This document shows, piece after piece, positions 7,570-16,697 of a DNA stretch of 42,850 nucleotides (its first letter is position 1; every line of letters begins with the position of its first letter). The DNA is from Gemmatimonadaceae bacterium (GTDB lineage Bacteria; Gemmatimonadota; Gemmatimonadetes; Gemmatimonadales; Gemmatimonadaceae). The position numbers were made by a program, and so were the translations under genes. The notes below the pieces were generated by a model. The model saw only the letters and a program-made list of their open reading frames with translations, was not told the origin of the DNA and ran no database searches. The stretch is taken from contig JBPCJT010000243.1 of assembly GCA_051005015.1 (NCBI GenBank), positions 1-42,850 on the forward strand. The letters run 5' to 3'.

Positions 7570-9072
7570 ATGAAAGACGCGAGTGATCTAATCCGGAAGA
7601 TCCGGACCGGCGTACCCGGGTTCGATGCCGTGCTTGGGGGTGGCTTGCCGGAGAATTCCTTCAACCTGGTCGCTGGCGGTCCGGGGTCCGGCAAGACCAC
7701 GCTGACTCTGCACACCATGTTCGCGAACGCCACAGTGAAGAGGCCAGGGCTGTATTTCACGGTGCTCGGCGAGCCGACACTGAAAATGATACGGTACCAG
7801 CGGCAGTTCAGCTTTTTCAAGCCGGACATGGTTGGTTCTGCCTTGCAGTTCGTGAACCTGAGCGAGCAGGTGCTGAAATACGATCTCGACCTGGTTTTGG
7901 AGCGGATACAGCGAGAAGTTGAGCGCGCCAGACCCGGCATCATCGCGGTCGACTCGTTCCGGCCGATAGGCCGCAAAATCGGCGAACCTGTTTCGGCGCA
8001 TGCCATGGACCTCGAGCACTTCCTTCAGCGGCTGGCGCTCAATATGACTTCCTGGGAGGTGACATCCTTTCTGCTCGGCGAGTACTCCGAAGAAGAGAAG
8101 CAGAACCCGGTTTTCACCGTGGCCGACGGAGTGTTCTGGATGCAGCAGGTGACCGACCGGAATTCTGTAGTCCGCAAGATGCAGGTCATGAAGGTACGTG
8201 GGCATGAGCCCATGCCGGGCTTGCACACTTTTCGAATAACGGATGCCGGCCTGCAGATATTCCCACGCATCCCCGAGCAGCAGAAGTCGCGCCGGCCGCA
8301 GTCATTCAAGCGAACCGGCACCGGCGTACCAGGGCTCGACGAGAGAATGGGGGGCGGAATTCCGGTCGGAGACGTGGTAATGCTCGCGGGGCCGGCCGGG
8401 AGCGGCAAAACGACGTTCGCTTCGCAATTCGTGTCAGAAGGTCTCCGACAGGGTGAGTCCGCGGTGATCGCGATTTTCGAGGAATACCCCGAGGAGTATC
8501 TCGGGCGCGCCCGATCCCGGAATGGGGACCTGGAGGAGAAGCTGAAGTCGGGTAAGCTGAAGCTCCTGTACTTGCGTCCGCTCGATCTCTCGGTGGACGA
8601 AACGCTGCATGAAATTCTGGAGGCCGTCAACGAGGTCGGTGCCACACGAGTGGTAATAGACTCGCTGTCGGGTTTCGAGATTGCGCTCGCACCTGCATTC
8701 CGTGAAGACTTCAGGGAGTCGCTTTATCGTCTTGCTGGTGCGCTGACTGCGACTGGCGTGACCGTTTTCACGACCGCAGAAACGACCGGCAGGTATTCCG
8801 ATTTGAGCTTTACGACCGAAAGGGTTTCCTTCATCACCGATGACATCATCGTGCAGCGCTATGTCGAGGTTGACGGGGAGATTCTTACGATCCTGTCGAT
8901 CATGAAAATGCGCGGGAGTGAGCACAGCCGGGAGTTTCTCATCTACGAGATCACCGAAAAGGGAGCGTCCGTGGGGGGTCCGCTTCTGGGCTACCACGGC
9001 ATCCTGTCGGGAATACCCAGCCCAATAGCGTCACTCGAGCGCCCGGCCGGGGTACATGGTGAAAATGGCTGA
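7570..9072 (+). CDS. KaiC-family double RecA-like ATPase
   Basis: There are two tandem KaiC/RecA domains, each with GVPG(F/L)D...GGG(L/I)P and a Walker A motif (GGPGSGKTT, GPAGSGKTT). Walker B motifs are IIAVDSF and VVIDSLS. The C-terminal KMRGSEHS...EIT.KG segment is typical of KaiC. Confidence 0.9.
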   Translation: MKDASDLIRKIRTGVPGFDAVLGGGLPENSFNLVAGGPGSGKTTLTLHTMFANATVKRPGLYFTVLGEPTLKMIRYQRQFSFFKPDMVGSALQFVNLSEQVLKYDLDLVLERIQREVERARPGIIAVDSFRPIGRKIGEPVSAHAMDLEHFLQRLALNMTSWEVTSFLLGEYSEEEKQNPVFTVADGVFWMQQVTDRNSVVRKMQVMKVRGHEPMPGLHTFRITDAGLQIFPRIPEQQKSRRPQSFKRTGTGVPGLDERMGGGIPVGDVVMLAGPAGSGKTTFASQFVSEGLRQGESAVIAIFEEYPEEYLGRARSRNGDLEEKLKSGKLKLLYLRPLDLSVDETLHEILEAVNEVGATRVVIDSLSGFEIALAPAFREDFRESLYRLAGALTATGVTVFTTAETTGRYSDLSFTTERVSFITDDIIVQRYVEVDGEILTILSIMKMRGSEHSREFLIYEITEKGASVGGPLLGYHGILSGIPSPIASLERPAGVHGENG

Positions 9073-10804
9073 CAGGCTGGCGGGTGAAGACAATCCCTTC
9101 GCCCAGGGCGCCTTCCGGGAGTACATGGAGCACGCTCCACAGGCGTTCACGGTCACTCAGGGCGCCGCACAAACGCTCATTTATGCCAATCCAGCGTTTC
9201 GCCGCATGACCGCAATGACCGGAAAGGACGTGGTGGGTATCCCAGTCTGCGACATGTTCGCAGGGCGCGATGCAACAGAGTTACTCGCACTGCTCGACGG
9301 TGCGATGGAACAGGGCATTCCCGTGCGGGATTACCCGGTGGAGTCCTTCGACAATATGGCGGCGATGTGGATCTGTACGGCCTGGCCCGTTCTGGATGCC
9401 AGCGGCCATCCGAATCACCTTGTCATCGAGCTACGAAATGACTCCCACGTGGAGCATTCCCTGGCTATGCAGAGGGATGTTACCGAGCGCCTGCTTCTGA
9501 GCGCGTTGCGCGAGAGTGAGGCCGCGGACAGCGCCAGGGTATCCAGCTGGCGAGATGCATTTCTTGCGAAGGCGAGCCGCGAGCTTGCCGAGACGCTCGA
9601 CGAGCAAGTCATGATTCAGACCCTGGCGAAGCTCGCGCTGCCCCACCTCGGTGCATGGTGCATTGTCGACACTATCGAAGCCGATGCCTCCGTACGGCGT
9701 CTGGCGATCTTCCATCCAGATCCAGTTAAACAAGCGCTGGCTCGGGAGTTGGAAGGCCGCTGGGCTCCCGCGCCAGAAGATCTGTTCGGTGGCCCGGCCG
9801 TACTTCGCGGCGCCGCAGCGACGATTAGCGCCGAACACGTGGAAGCGGCAATAAGAGATACCGAAAGTGGCAGGGACAATGCCTGGGCGCTTTCGGAGCT
9901 TGGCATAGGGCCTGTGCTTACAGTCCCCCTGGTTGCCCGCGCGAAGCTCCTCGGTGTCGTAACCTTTGTAGGAAAGAGTGGTGCGCACGACTATACCCTG
10001 GCCGACGTGGAGTTGGCCCAGGACCTCGCGGCCCGGAGCGCGGTGGCTATTGACGGTGCGCAATTGTATCGCGAGGCCCTCCTGCGCAAGGTAAAGGCCG
10101 AGGTGGCGAACCAGGCCAACACGGCATTTCTGGGAAGGGTCAGTCATGACCTTCGCGCACCCCTGAACGGCATACGCGGCTACATCGACCTCATCGACGA
10201 GGGAATACGCGGGCCCGTGACGGATGCGCAGCGCAGGGACCTCGACCGCATTCGCAAGAACCAGCAGCACCTGCTTCGCCTGGTCACCGAGATTCTGAAC
10301 TTCGTGCGCCTGGGAAGCGATGGCATGCCGTACCACATCACGGACGTCACCGTGCAAGACGCCGTGCATTCCGCCGTGGCCCTGATCGAGCCGCTGATCG
10401 AGGAGAAGAGGCTCGCATTTCAGGGACCCGAGTGCGGTGCGGACGTAGTTTTGCGTGCCGATCCCCTGCACGTGCGAAAGATTCTCCTCAATCTGCTCTC
10501 CAACGCGATCAAGTTTACGCCGTCCGGGGGTCACGTGACGATCATCTGTGAGGCAAAGCCGGAGTCAGTCATGGTGAGAGTAGAGGACAGTGGCATTGGC
10601 ATCCCTCCAGACAAGCACGAGTCCGTGTTCGAGCCATTCGTGCAGGTGAAGAACGGTCTGGCGGACGGCGACGCCGGATTTGGCCTGGGGCTGGCAATCA
10701 GCCGCGATCTCGCGCGCGGCATGCAGGGCGATTTGCGAGTGGAGAGCGAGCTTGGTGCGGGCTCGCGCTTCACGCTCACTCTGCCGCGAGCCAGCAATCA
10801 CTAA
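9056..10804 (+). CDS. PAS-GAF sensor histidine kinase (no receiver domain)
   Basis: H-box FLGRVSHDLRAPLNGIRGY, N-box LLNLLSNAIKFT, G-boxes DSGIGIP and GFGLGLAISR. The N-terminus is a PAS-like then a GAF-like region. The start overlaps the KaiC 3' end (ATG at 9056, or ATG at 9065 in an ATGGCTGA overlap). Confidence 0.9.
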   Translation: MVKMADRLAGEDNPFAQGAFREYMEHAPQAFTVTQGAAQTLIYANPAFRRMTAMTGKDVVGIPVCDMFAGRDATELLALLDGAMEQGIPVRDYPVESFDNMAAMWICTAWPVLDASGHPNHLVIELRNDSHVEHSLAMQRDVTERLLLSALRESEAADSARVSSWRDAFLAKASRELAETLDEQVMIQTLAKLALPHLGAWCIVDTIEADASVRRLAIFHPDPVKQALARELEGRWAPAPEDLFGGPAVLRGAAATISAEHVEAAIRDTESGRDNAWALSELGIGPVLTVPLVARAKLLGVVTFVGKSGAHDYTLADVELAQDLAARSAVAIDGAQLYREALLRKVKAEVANQANTAFLGRVSHDLRAPLNGIRGYIDLIDEGIRGPVTDAQRRDLDRIRKNQQHLLRLVTEILNFVRLGSDGMPYHITDVTVQDAVHSAVALIEPLIEEKRLAFQGPECGADVVLRADPLHVRKILLNLLSNAIKFTPSGGHVTIICEAKPESVMVRVEDSGIGIPPDKHESVFEPFVQVKNGLADGDAGFGLGLAISRDLARGMQGDLRVESELGAGSRFTLTLPRASNH

Positions 10805-11546
10805 AGCGGGCCCACACTCTCGTCGTTTCGGCACCGTCATTTTCGATTGCGACTCGACGCTCTCGTCGATCGAGGGTATCGAGGAGCTGGCGACCGTACA
10901 CCGCGATGAGATCACACGCCTCACTGAGTCAGCGATGCGGGGTGAAGTCGCGCTGGAGAATGTCTTCGCGCGGCGTCTCGAGTTGGTACGTCCATCTCGC
11001 GCGGACGTTACGGCGCTGGGTAATCGCTATGTTCAAACGCTCGTTCCCGACGCAAAGGCGATCGTATCCGCGCTTCGGAGCGAAGGAATAAATGTTCGCG
11101 TGGTTTCGGGGGGACTGCGCCCCGCCGTTCTCGTGCTGGCTCGGTCTCTTGGGCTCAGCGACAGCTCGGTGGCGGCGGTTGATATCCTCTTCGACGAAGC
11201 AGGCGGGTACGCCGGCTTCGATCGGGACTCGCCACTGTCGCGGTCGGGCGGAAAACGGGTTCAGCTCGAACGTTGGCTGCCATCCCTGGCTCGTCCCATC
11301 ATGTTTGTCGGAGATGGCATCACCGACCTCGAGGCTCGGCCGCCTGCCGATCTTTTCGTTGCCTACACGGGAGTAGTGCTGCGCGCCGAAGTCGCGGCCG
11401 GCGCCGATGTGGTCGTGAAATCCATGTCGCTCGCGCCCGTGTTGACACTCGCGCTCGGTGGCGTGCCGCCGGAAGACGCGAAGATCCGTGGGCTGTTCAA
11501 TCTAGGGGCAAGCCTGATGGCCGAAGGGGATAATCTGCGGGAATGA
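10755..11546 (+). CDS. serB: HAD-IB phosphoserine phosphatase-like hydrolase
   Basis: Motif I FDCDSTLSSIEGIEELA, then AM.GE..........RL.L, motif II VVSGG, motif IV VGDGITD. No ATG/GTG/TTG lies in frame between the kinase stop (10804) and the DxDxT motif. The start must therefore be TTG 10752 or GTG 10755, inside the kinase gene. Confidence 0.78.
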   Translation: MRARASRSLCREPAITKAGPHSRRFGTVIFDCDSTLSSIEGIEELATVHRDEITRLTESAMRGEVALENVFARRLELVRPSRADVTALGNRYVQTLVPDAKAIVSALRSEGINVRVVSGGLRPAVLVLARSLGLSDSSVAAVDILFDEAGGYAGFDRDSPLSRSGGKRVQLERWLPSLARPIMFVGDGITDLEARPPADLFVAYTGVVLRAEVAAGADVVVKSMSLAPVLTLALGGVPPEDAKIRGLFNLGASLMAEGDNLRE

Positions 11547-11609
11547 TTCTGCAGCGTGCTTATCTTTCTTCCGTCAGTCAGTAAACGCAGCCTTTTTTGG
11601 AGATCAGGA

Positions 11610-12740
11610 ATGCCCGAATCCACAGCCGAGCCAGGGACGGCTCAAACGTCCACAGCGTTCGGCAAGTTTTTTCTTCCAGGGCCCACTGAAGTGCGCGCCG
11701 ATATCCTCGACGCCATGCGCCGGCCCATGATCGGTCATCGGGGATCGGCGATGGAGGAACTGGTCGGCCGCCTTCAAGCAGGGCTCAAACTCGTTTTTCG
11801 CACCGAGCGCCCAGTCTACATCTCCTCGTCATCGGCGACGGGCCTCATGGAGGCGGCGCTGCGGAATGGAGCGCGCCGCAAGGTACTATCCCTCGTCAAC
11901 GGTGCTTTCAGCGAGCGCTTCTTTCACATTGCGCGTGCATGCGGGCTCGAGGCCGTCGCGCTCGAGGTTCCCCTCGGCGCGGGACATACTACTGACATGC
12001 TCGAGAGTGCGCTGCGCACAGGGGACTACGATGCCGTTACGGTGGTTCATAGCGAGACATCCACGGGGGTTCTTAATCCCATCGCGGAGCTATGCGAGGT
12101 GACGCATGCGGCCGGAGATGTAATGTTTCTCGTCGATAGCGTTTCCGGTGTCGCCGGAGCCCCGGTTGAGACTGATGACTGGAAGATCGACTTTCTGCTG
12201 ACAGGCTCACAGAAGGCGCTGGCGCTGCCGCCCGGCCTTGCCTTGGGCGTTGCGCAGGACAGCATCCTGCGCCGTTCGGAAAGGATTCCGGCTCGCGGAG
12301 TCTACTTCGATTTCATCGAGTTCGAAAAGAACATTCGGAAGAACCAGACTCCGAACACACCCGCGCTGTCGCTCCTGTATGCGCTCGAAGCGCAGCTCGA
12401 GCACATTCTGCGTGAGACCCTCGAGACGCGCTGGGAAAGACATGCGGCAATGGCGCGCCGCACGTGGGAGTGGGTCGATAAAATGAGTAGCTCCGGCTAC
12501 GATCTCAAGATGCTCGCACCGGATGGCTTAAGGTCGCCGACGGTCAGCTGCATTCGTCTTCCCGACGGCGCGCCTACGGGTACTGAGTTGACGCGCAGGA
12601 TGAAGGCGCGCGGATTCACTATCGCATCAGGCTACGGAACGCTCAAGGATGCGACCTTTCGAATCGGTCATATGGGCGATCACACCGTCGATGAGCTGAC
12701 GGTGTTGCTTGGCGAGCTGGAAACCGTGATCGCGCAATGA
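11610..12740 (+). CDS. class V aminotransferase (AGXT / phosphoserine aminotransferase-like)
   Basis: N-terminus FLPGPTEV...M..PMIGHR, and a PLP-lysine context TGSQKALALPPGL. GGAG lies 8 nt upstream of the ATG at 11610. The stop overlaps the serA start (ATGA). Confidence 0.85.
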   Translation: MPESTAEPGTAQTSTAFGKFFLPGPTEVRADILDAMRRPMIGHRGSAMEELVGRLQAGLKLVFRTERPVYISSSSATGLMEAALRNGARRKVLSLVNGAFSERFFHIARACGLEAVALEVPLGAGHTTDMLESALRTGDYDAVTVVHSETSTGVLNPIAELCEVTHAAGDVMFLVDSVSGVAGAPVETDDWKIDFLLTGSQKALALPPGLALGVAQDSILRRSERIPARGVYFDFIEFEKNIRKNQTPNTPALSLLYALEAQLEHILRETLETRWERHAAMARRTWEWVDKMSSSGYDLKMLAPDGLRSPTVSCIRLPDGAPTGTELTRRMKARGFTIASGYGTLKDATFRIGHMGDHTVDELTVLLGELETVIAQ

Positions 12741-14338
12741 CCCAGCCCGTCTTCCGGATCCTGATCGCCGACAAGATATCAGCCGACGGCCTCCTGCCGC
12801 TGCGCCAGGACAGCCGCTTCGAGATCGTCAACCGGCCCGGCCTGACGGGCGATGACCTGGCGCGCGCCATGGCGGACGCGGATGCCGTGATCGTTCGAAG
12901 TGCGACCAGAATTTCTCGGGCGGCGCTCGCGTACAAGGGACGGCTCAAAGTAATCGGCCGAGCCGGAGTCGGTGTCGACACCATCGATGTCGATGCCGCC
13001 ACTGAGCACGGCATCGCAGTGCTGAATGCTCCCTCCGGGAATACCATATCCGCGGCGGAGCTGGCGTTCGCGCTGCTGCTCGCACTCGTTCGCCGCGTGC
13101 CAGCGGCGGACCGTTCGATGAAACAGGGCGAGTGGGATCGAGCGAAGTTCAGCGGCACCGAGCTGCACGGCAAGTGCATGGGTCTCGTTGGCGCTGGCCG
13201 CATTGGCGGGGAAGTGTCGCGCCGCGCGCGGGCTTTTGGGATGCGGGTTTTGGTGTACGATCCGTACCTCAATGAGGAGAGGGCGCGCACACTCGAGGTG
13301 GAGCTTGCTTCGCTCGACGACGTCCTTCGGCGCGCGGATGTGCTGTCGATTCATGTACCGCTCACTGAATCGACCGCGGGGCTGATCGGCGAAGCGCAGC
13401 TGGCCATGATGAAGCCCGGCGCGCTCCTGGTGAACGCTGCTCGGGGAGGCATCGTTGACGAAGCAGCGCTTGGCCGGGCGCTGGCAGAGCGCCGGCTTGG
13501 TGGTGCGGCGCTCGATGTCTTCGAGCAGGAGCCGCTTCCATCCGATCATCCCTTGCGCGGTCTGGACAATATCGTGCTTACGCCGCATCTCGGAGCATCC
13601 ACTGAAGAGGCGCAGCAGAACGTGGCGCTGGAGATAGCGGAGGCTGTGCGTGATGCCCTGGTCGACGGCGATCTATCACGGGCGGTCAACGCTCCAGCGA
13701 TAGGGGGCGATGCGATGCGGAGGCTGCGTCCCCTGCTCGATCTCGCCGAGCGAGTGGGGCGCCTGGCTGCCGCTCTCGCGCCCGGCGCAGTATCGCATGC
13801 GGAAATCCGCTACGCCGGGGCCGCGGAAGACGCACTTCGCCCTCTGGTGGCCAGCACGCTGGTGGGGGTGCTCATGCCCGTTGTCGGCGAGCGCGCCGTC
13901 AACTTCGTAAACGCGCTTCATCTAGCCAAGACCCGTGGCATCGAGGTGCAGAGCACCCGTCTCAGCCCGCACGGTGACTACACGGAGTACATCGAATTGA
14001 GGCTCGCCTCGCGCGAAGGTGAAGCGCGGGTGGCTGGCACGCTGCTGGGCGAAGGTCACCCGCGAGTAGTGCGGATTGGCGATCACCAGATGAACGTCAC
14101 GCCGGTTGGGGCTCTGGTGATGATTCGCAATCGCGACGTGCCCGGCGTGATCGGCCGGGTTGGAACCCTCCTCGGAGACGCCGGCATCAATATCGCCGAG
14201 TACCATCAGGCCAGATTGGAAGCCGGCGGCGACGCTTTTGCGGTGATCCGCGTGGACAGCCGCCTCGCTGCAGCCGCGATCACGGCGTTGCGTCAGGTGC
14301 CGGAAGTGCTTGACGTGCGGCAGGTGCAGTTGGGGTAG
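12737..14338 (+). CDS. serA: D-3-phosphoglycerate dehydrogenase (long form with ASB and ACT domains)
   Basis: NAD-binding motif GLVGAGRIGGEV, plus NAARGGIVDE and TPHLGASTEEAQ. The C-terminal ACT-like segment reads PGVIGRVGTLLGDAGINIA. Confidence 0.93.
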   Translation: MTQPVFRILIADKISADGLLPLRQDSRFEIVNRPGLTGDDLARAMADADAVIVRSATRISRAALAYKGRLKVIGRAGVGVDTIDVDAATEHGIAVLNAPSGNTISAAELAFALLLALVRRVPAADRSMKQGEWDRAKFSGTELHGKCMGLVGAGRIGGEVSRRARAFGMRVLVYDPYLNEERARTLEVELASLDDVLRRADVLSIHVPLTESTAGLIGEAQLAMMKPGALLVNAARGGIVDEAALGRALAERRLGGAALDVFEQEPLPSDHPLRGLDNIVLTPHLGASTEEAQQNVALEIAEAVRDALVDGDLSRAVNAPAIGGDAMRRLRPLLDLAERVGRLAAALAPGAVSHAEIRYAGAAEDALRPLVASTLVGVLMPVVGERAVNFVNALHLAKTRGIEVQSTRLSPHGDYTEYIELRLASREGEARVAGTLLGEGHPRVVRIGDHQMNVTPVGALVMIRNRDVPGVIGRVGTLLGDAGINIAEYHQARLEAGGDAFAVIRVDSRLAAAAITALRQVPEVLDVRQVQLG

Positions 14339-14385
14339 TCCTGAGGGACGAGGGAAGCGCCTGCCGCCTCCCCGAGGTTCCCCTA
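14336..14385. terminator. imperfect G-rich/C-rich inverted repeat between convergent serA and OsmC, containing both TAG stops
   Basis: The sequence is ggggTAGtcctgagggacgagggaagcg cctgc cgcctccccgaggttcccCTActc. The central stem is gggaagcg/cgcctccc. There is no T-run. Confidence 0.4.
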
Positions 14386-14832
14386 CTCAATCTCCACTTC
14401 CCACTCAACCGGTATCGCGGGATCGAGTGAATCGCGGACCGAACAATACTTTGCGACCGCCAGGTTGATTGCGCGTTCAACTTTTTCGCGCTCGATCCCT
14501 TGTCCACTCAGGCGCACGCGCAGCAGAACGTGCTTGAGCCGACGGGGCGTCGTATCCACGCGCATACCCACGACTTCTACCGAGTAAGCCGCGGGCGGCG
14601 TGCGCTGCTTCTTCAGGATGTCCACCACATCGATGGACACGCACGTCCCAAGCGCTGACAGCAGCGCGTCTACCGGACTCTGTCCTGCCTCCGCATCCCC
14701 ATCCAGATGTGCGACTGGTCCACCCGGCCGTCCTGTGTCGAAGCGCCGATCGCCCGCCCAGGCAACCAGCACCACATTTGGTGACGCAGGGGGTGGTGGG
14801 ACGTTGAGGATGCCGGACTTTCGATTTGCCAT
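14383..14832 (-). CDS. OsmC/Ohr family protein
   Basis: The length and pattern match OsmC-like proteins (P.DALLSALGTCVSIDVV.IL.K.R, then LAVAKYCSV..SL). Confidence 0.85.
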   Translation of the reverse strand: MANRKSGILNVPPPPASPNVVLVAWAGDRRFDTGRPGGPVAHLDGDAEAGQSPVDALLSALGTCVSIDVVDILKKQRTPPAAYSVEVVGMRVDTTPRRLKHVLLRVRLSGQGIEREKVERAINLAVAKYCSVRDSLDPAIPVEWEVEIE

Positions 14833-14871
14833 CTCAGCTCCGCCAGTCGGTTTTCCGGCCAGGAAACAAGT

Positions 14872-15753
14872 CTATCTCTCGATAGGTACGCGAACCGAGT
14901 TGCCCCACTCCGTCCAGCTTCCGTCATAATTGCGCACGCGGCCGTAGCCCAGCAGGTAGGTCAGCACGAACCAGGTGTGTGACGACCGTTCGCCGATGCG
15001 GCAGTATGCAACTATGTCAGCGCTCTTGCTGAAGCCGCACTCCTTTTCGTAGATCGCTCTAAGCTCGTCCGCGTTCTTGAAAGTGCCGTCCGAGTTCGCC
15101 GCGCGCGCCCAGGGAACGCTCTTCGCCCCGGGGATGTGCCCACCTCTCAGAACGCCCTCCTGGGGATACTCCGCCATGTGCGTCTTCTTACCCGTATACT
15201 CATCCACGGAGCGCACGTCCACCATCGGACGCTTTGCTTCCATGTGCTTCCTTACCTCCGGCATGAAGGCGCGGATGCGGGTGTCATCGCGCTCCCTTGC
15301 CATGTACGACGTGGGTTGGAAGCGCGGGACATCCGTTGTCATCTCGCGTCCTTCCTGCTCCCATTTTATGCGCCCTCCATCCAGGATTTTCGAGTTGGCG
15401 AAGCCGAAGAGCTGAAATACCCAGAAGGCGTACGTCGCCCACCAGTTATTCTTGTCGCCGTAGAAGATTACGGTAGTGCTGTCGTCGATCCCCTTTCGCC
15501 GGAGCAGCTCCTGAAACTGTTCCCGGCTGATGTAATCCCGGAGAAGGGAATCATTCAGGTCGGCATGCCAATCGATCTTCTGCGCGCCGGGGATGTGTCC
15601 GGTGTCGTACAGCAGAATGTCTTCGTCGCTTTCGATGATCCGCAGATTCGGATCGGCAAGGTGCTCAGCCAGCCACTCGGTCGTCACGAGGACCTCGGGA
15701 TGCTCGTATCCCTTTTCCGTTACCGCCGCATCAATCCCTTGTGTTGTTGACAT
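14872..15753 (-). CDS. thiosulfate/3-mercaptopyruvate sulfurtransferase (tandem rhodanese)
   Basis: Two rhodanese domains with active-site loop [20 protein letters not shown] lies upstream of the ATG at 15753. The gene sits 37 nt upstream of OsmC on the same strand. Confidence 0.9.
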   Translation of the reverse strand: MSTTQGIDAAVTEKGYEHPEVLVTTEWLAEHLADPNLRIIESDEDILLYDTGHIPGAQKIDWHADLNDSLLRDYISREQFQELLRRKGIDDSTTVIFYGDKNNWWATYAFWVFQLFGFANSKILDGGRIKWEQEGREMTTDVPRFQPTSYMARERDDTRIRAFMPEVRKHMEAKRPMVDVRSVDEYTGKKTHMAEYPQEGVLRGGHIPGAKSVPWARAANSDGTFKNADELRAIYEKECGFSKSADIVAYCRIGERSSHTWFVLTYLLGYGRVRNYDGSWTEWGNSVRVPIER

Positions 15754-15856
15754 GGTATCTCCTTTCCCCATTCAGGGGAGTACCGGTGAACCAATGACGC
15801 GGCGCTTCCCGGATCTCCAACTCGCCGTCCGTTCGCGCCTGCTCCACGTACGATAA

Positions 15857-16198
15857 TCAAGCGATTCGAGTACCATTCTCAACGGGCCGGTCCGGTTCGA
15901 GCAGAACCACCTCGTGCGGCTGGGCCATCGCGCCGAGCACCAGGACTTCGCTGGCAAAGCCCGCGACGCGCCGCTCGGGAAAATTCACGACCGCCACGAC
16001 CTGTCGCCCAATGAGATCCCGCGGCTCATAATGCGTGGTCAACTGCGCACTCGAACGACGCTGGCCGAGCTCCGCACCGAAATCTATCCAGAGCTTCATT
16101 GCGGGGTGGCGCGCCTCGGGGAACGGCTCAGCCCGGGTAATCGTGCCAACCCGGATATCAATTCGTAGGAACTCGTCGATGGTAGCCACGCCAGACAT
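15857..16198 (-). CDS. csaA: tRNA-binding domain protein (CsaA/EMAP type)
   Basis: IDEFLRIDIRVGTI..AE.FPEARHPAMKLWIDFG...G.R.SSAQ......P..LIGRQVVAVVNFP.R.VAGF.SEVLVLG. Start taken at the internal Met (MSGVAT). Confidence 0.85.
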   Translation of the reverse strand: MSGVATIDEFLRIDIRVGTITRAEPFPEARHPAMKLWIDFGAELGQRRSSAQLTTHYEPRDLIGRQVVAVVNFPERRVAGFASEVLVLGAMAQPHEVVLLEPDRPVENGTRIA

Positions 16199-16272
16199 TT
16201 CTATCAGGATAGCAAATGCCACTTCAACTTGGAAGTGCGCTTGGCCCATCTAATACAGTTTATCTTTTCCGC

Positions 16273-16584
16273 ATGGGACAATACAAACACCACGTTTTCG
16301 TATGCACATCTGGTTCTCAGTGCCCGGGCAGAGGCTCGGAAGCTGTGCACAGCGCGCTGAAACACGGCGTCAAGGACGCGGGCCTAAAGGGAACTGTTCG
16401 CGTCAATCACGCGGGCTGCATGAACCAGTGTAAACATGGTCCGATGGTTGTTGTTTACCCGGGCGATATCTGGTATCACTCAGTGGACGTGCACGGGGCG
16501 AACCGAATCGGGCGCGAGCATCTGATAGCCGGCCGAGTCGTCGAGTCGTATAGATACAAAGCGCCGCCGGGCGATAACAAGTGA
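16273..16584 (+). CDS. thioredoxin-like [2Fe-2S] ferredoxin
   Basis: MGQYKHHVFVCTSGSQC...GCMNQCKHGPMVVVYP...WY. The Cys pattern is Cx5C...Cx3C. It is a paralogue of 21080..21409. Confidence 0.8.
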   Translation: MGQYKHHVFVCTSGSQCPGRGSEAVHSALKHGVKDAGLKGTVRVNHAGCMNQCKHGPMVVVYPGDIWYHSVDVHGANRIGREHLIAGRVVESYRYKAPPGDNK

Positions 16585-16697
16585 AGAGTGAACAGCCCAA
16601 CAGCGAACAACTGTAAACAACACTTGTGGGAGTCGATGCATGCCGGCTAACCGCACTTCACTGATCACTTAATCACTGTTCACCGTTCACCGTTCAC
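16581..16697. terminator. inverted pair of 6x7-nt heptamer arrays (GTGAACA family) between the convergent ferredoxin and hydrolase genes
   Basis: Left arm 16581..16622: gtgaaga gtgaaca gcccaac agcgaac aactgta aacaaca. Right arm 16656..16697: cttcact gatcact taatcac tgttcac cgttcac cgttcac. The ferredoxin TGA (16582..16584) lies in the first left unit. The hydrolase C-terminus EVNGER-stop is encoded by the right arm. Confidence 0.6.

Noticed and set aside
15885-15905. A tRNA-like GGTTCGAGC T-loop motif.
   Set aside because: It lies inside the csaA coding sequence, and no acceptor or anticodon arms can be drawn around it. I found no convincing tRNA, rRNA, tmRNA or RNase P signature anywhere in the window.
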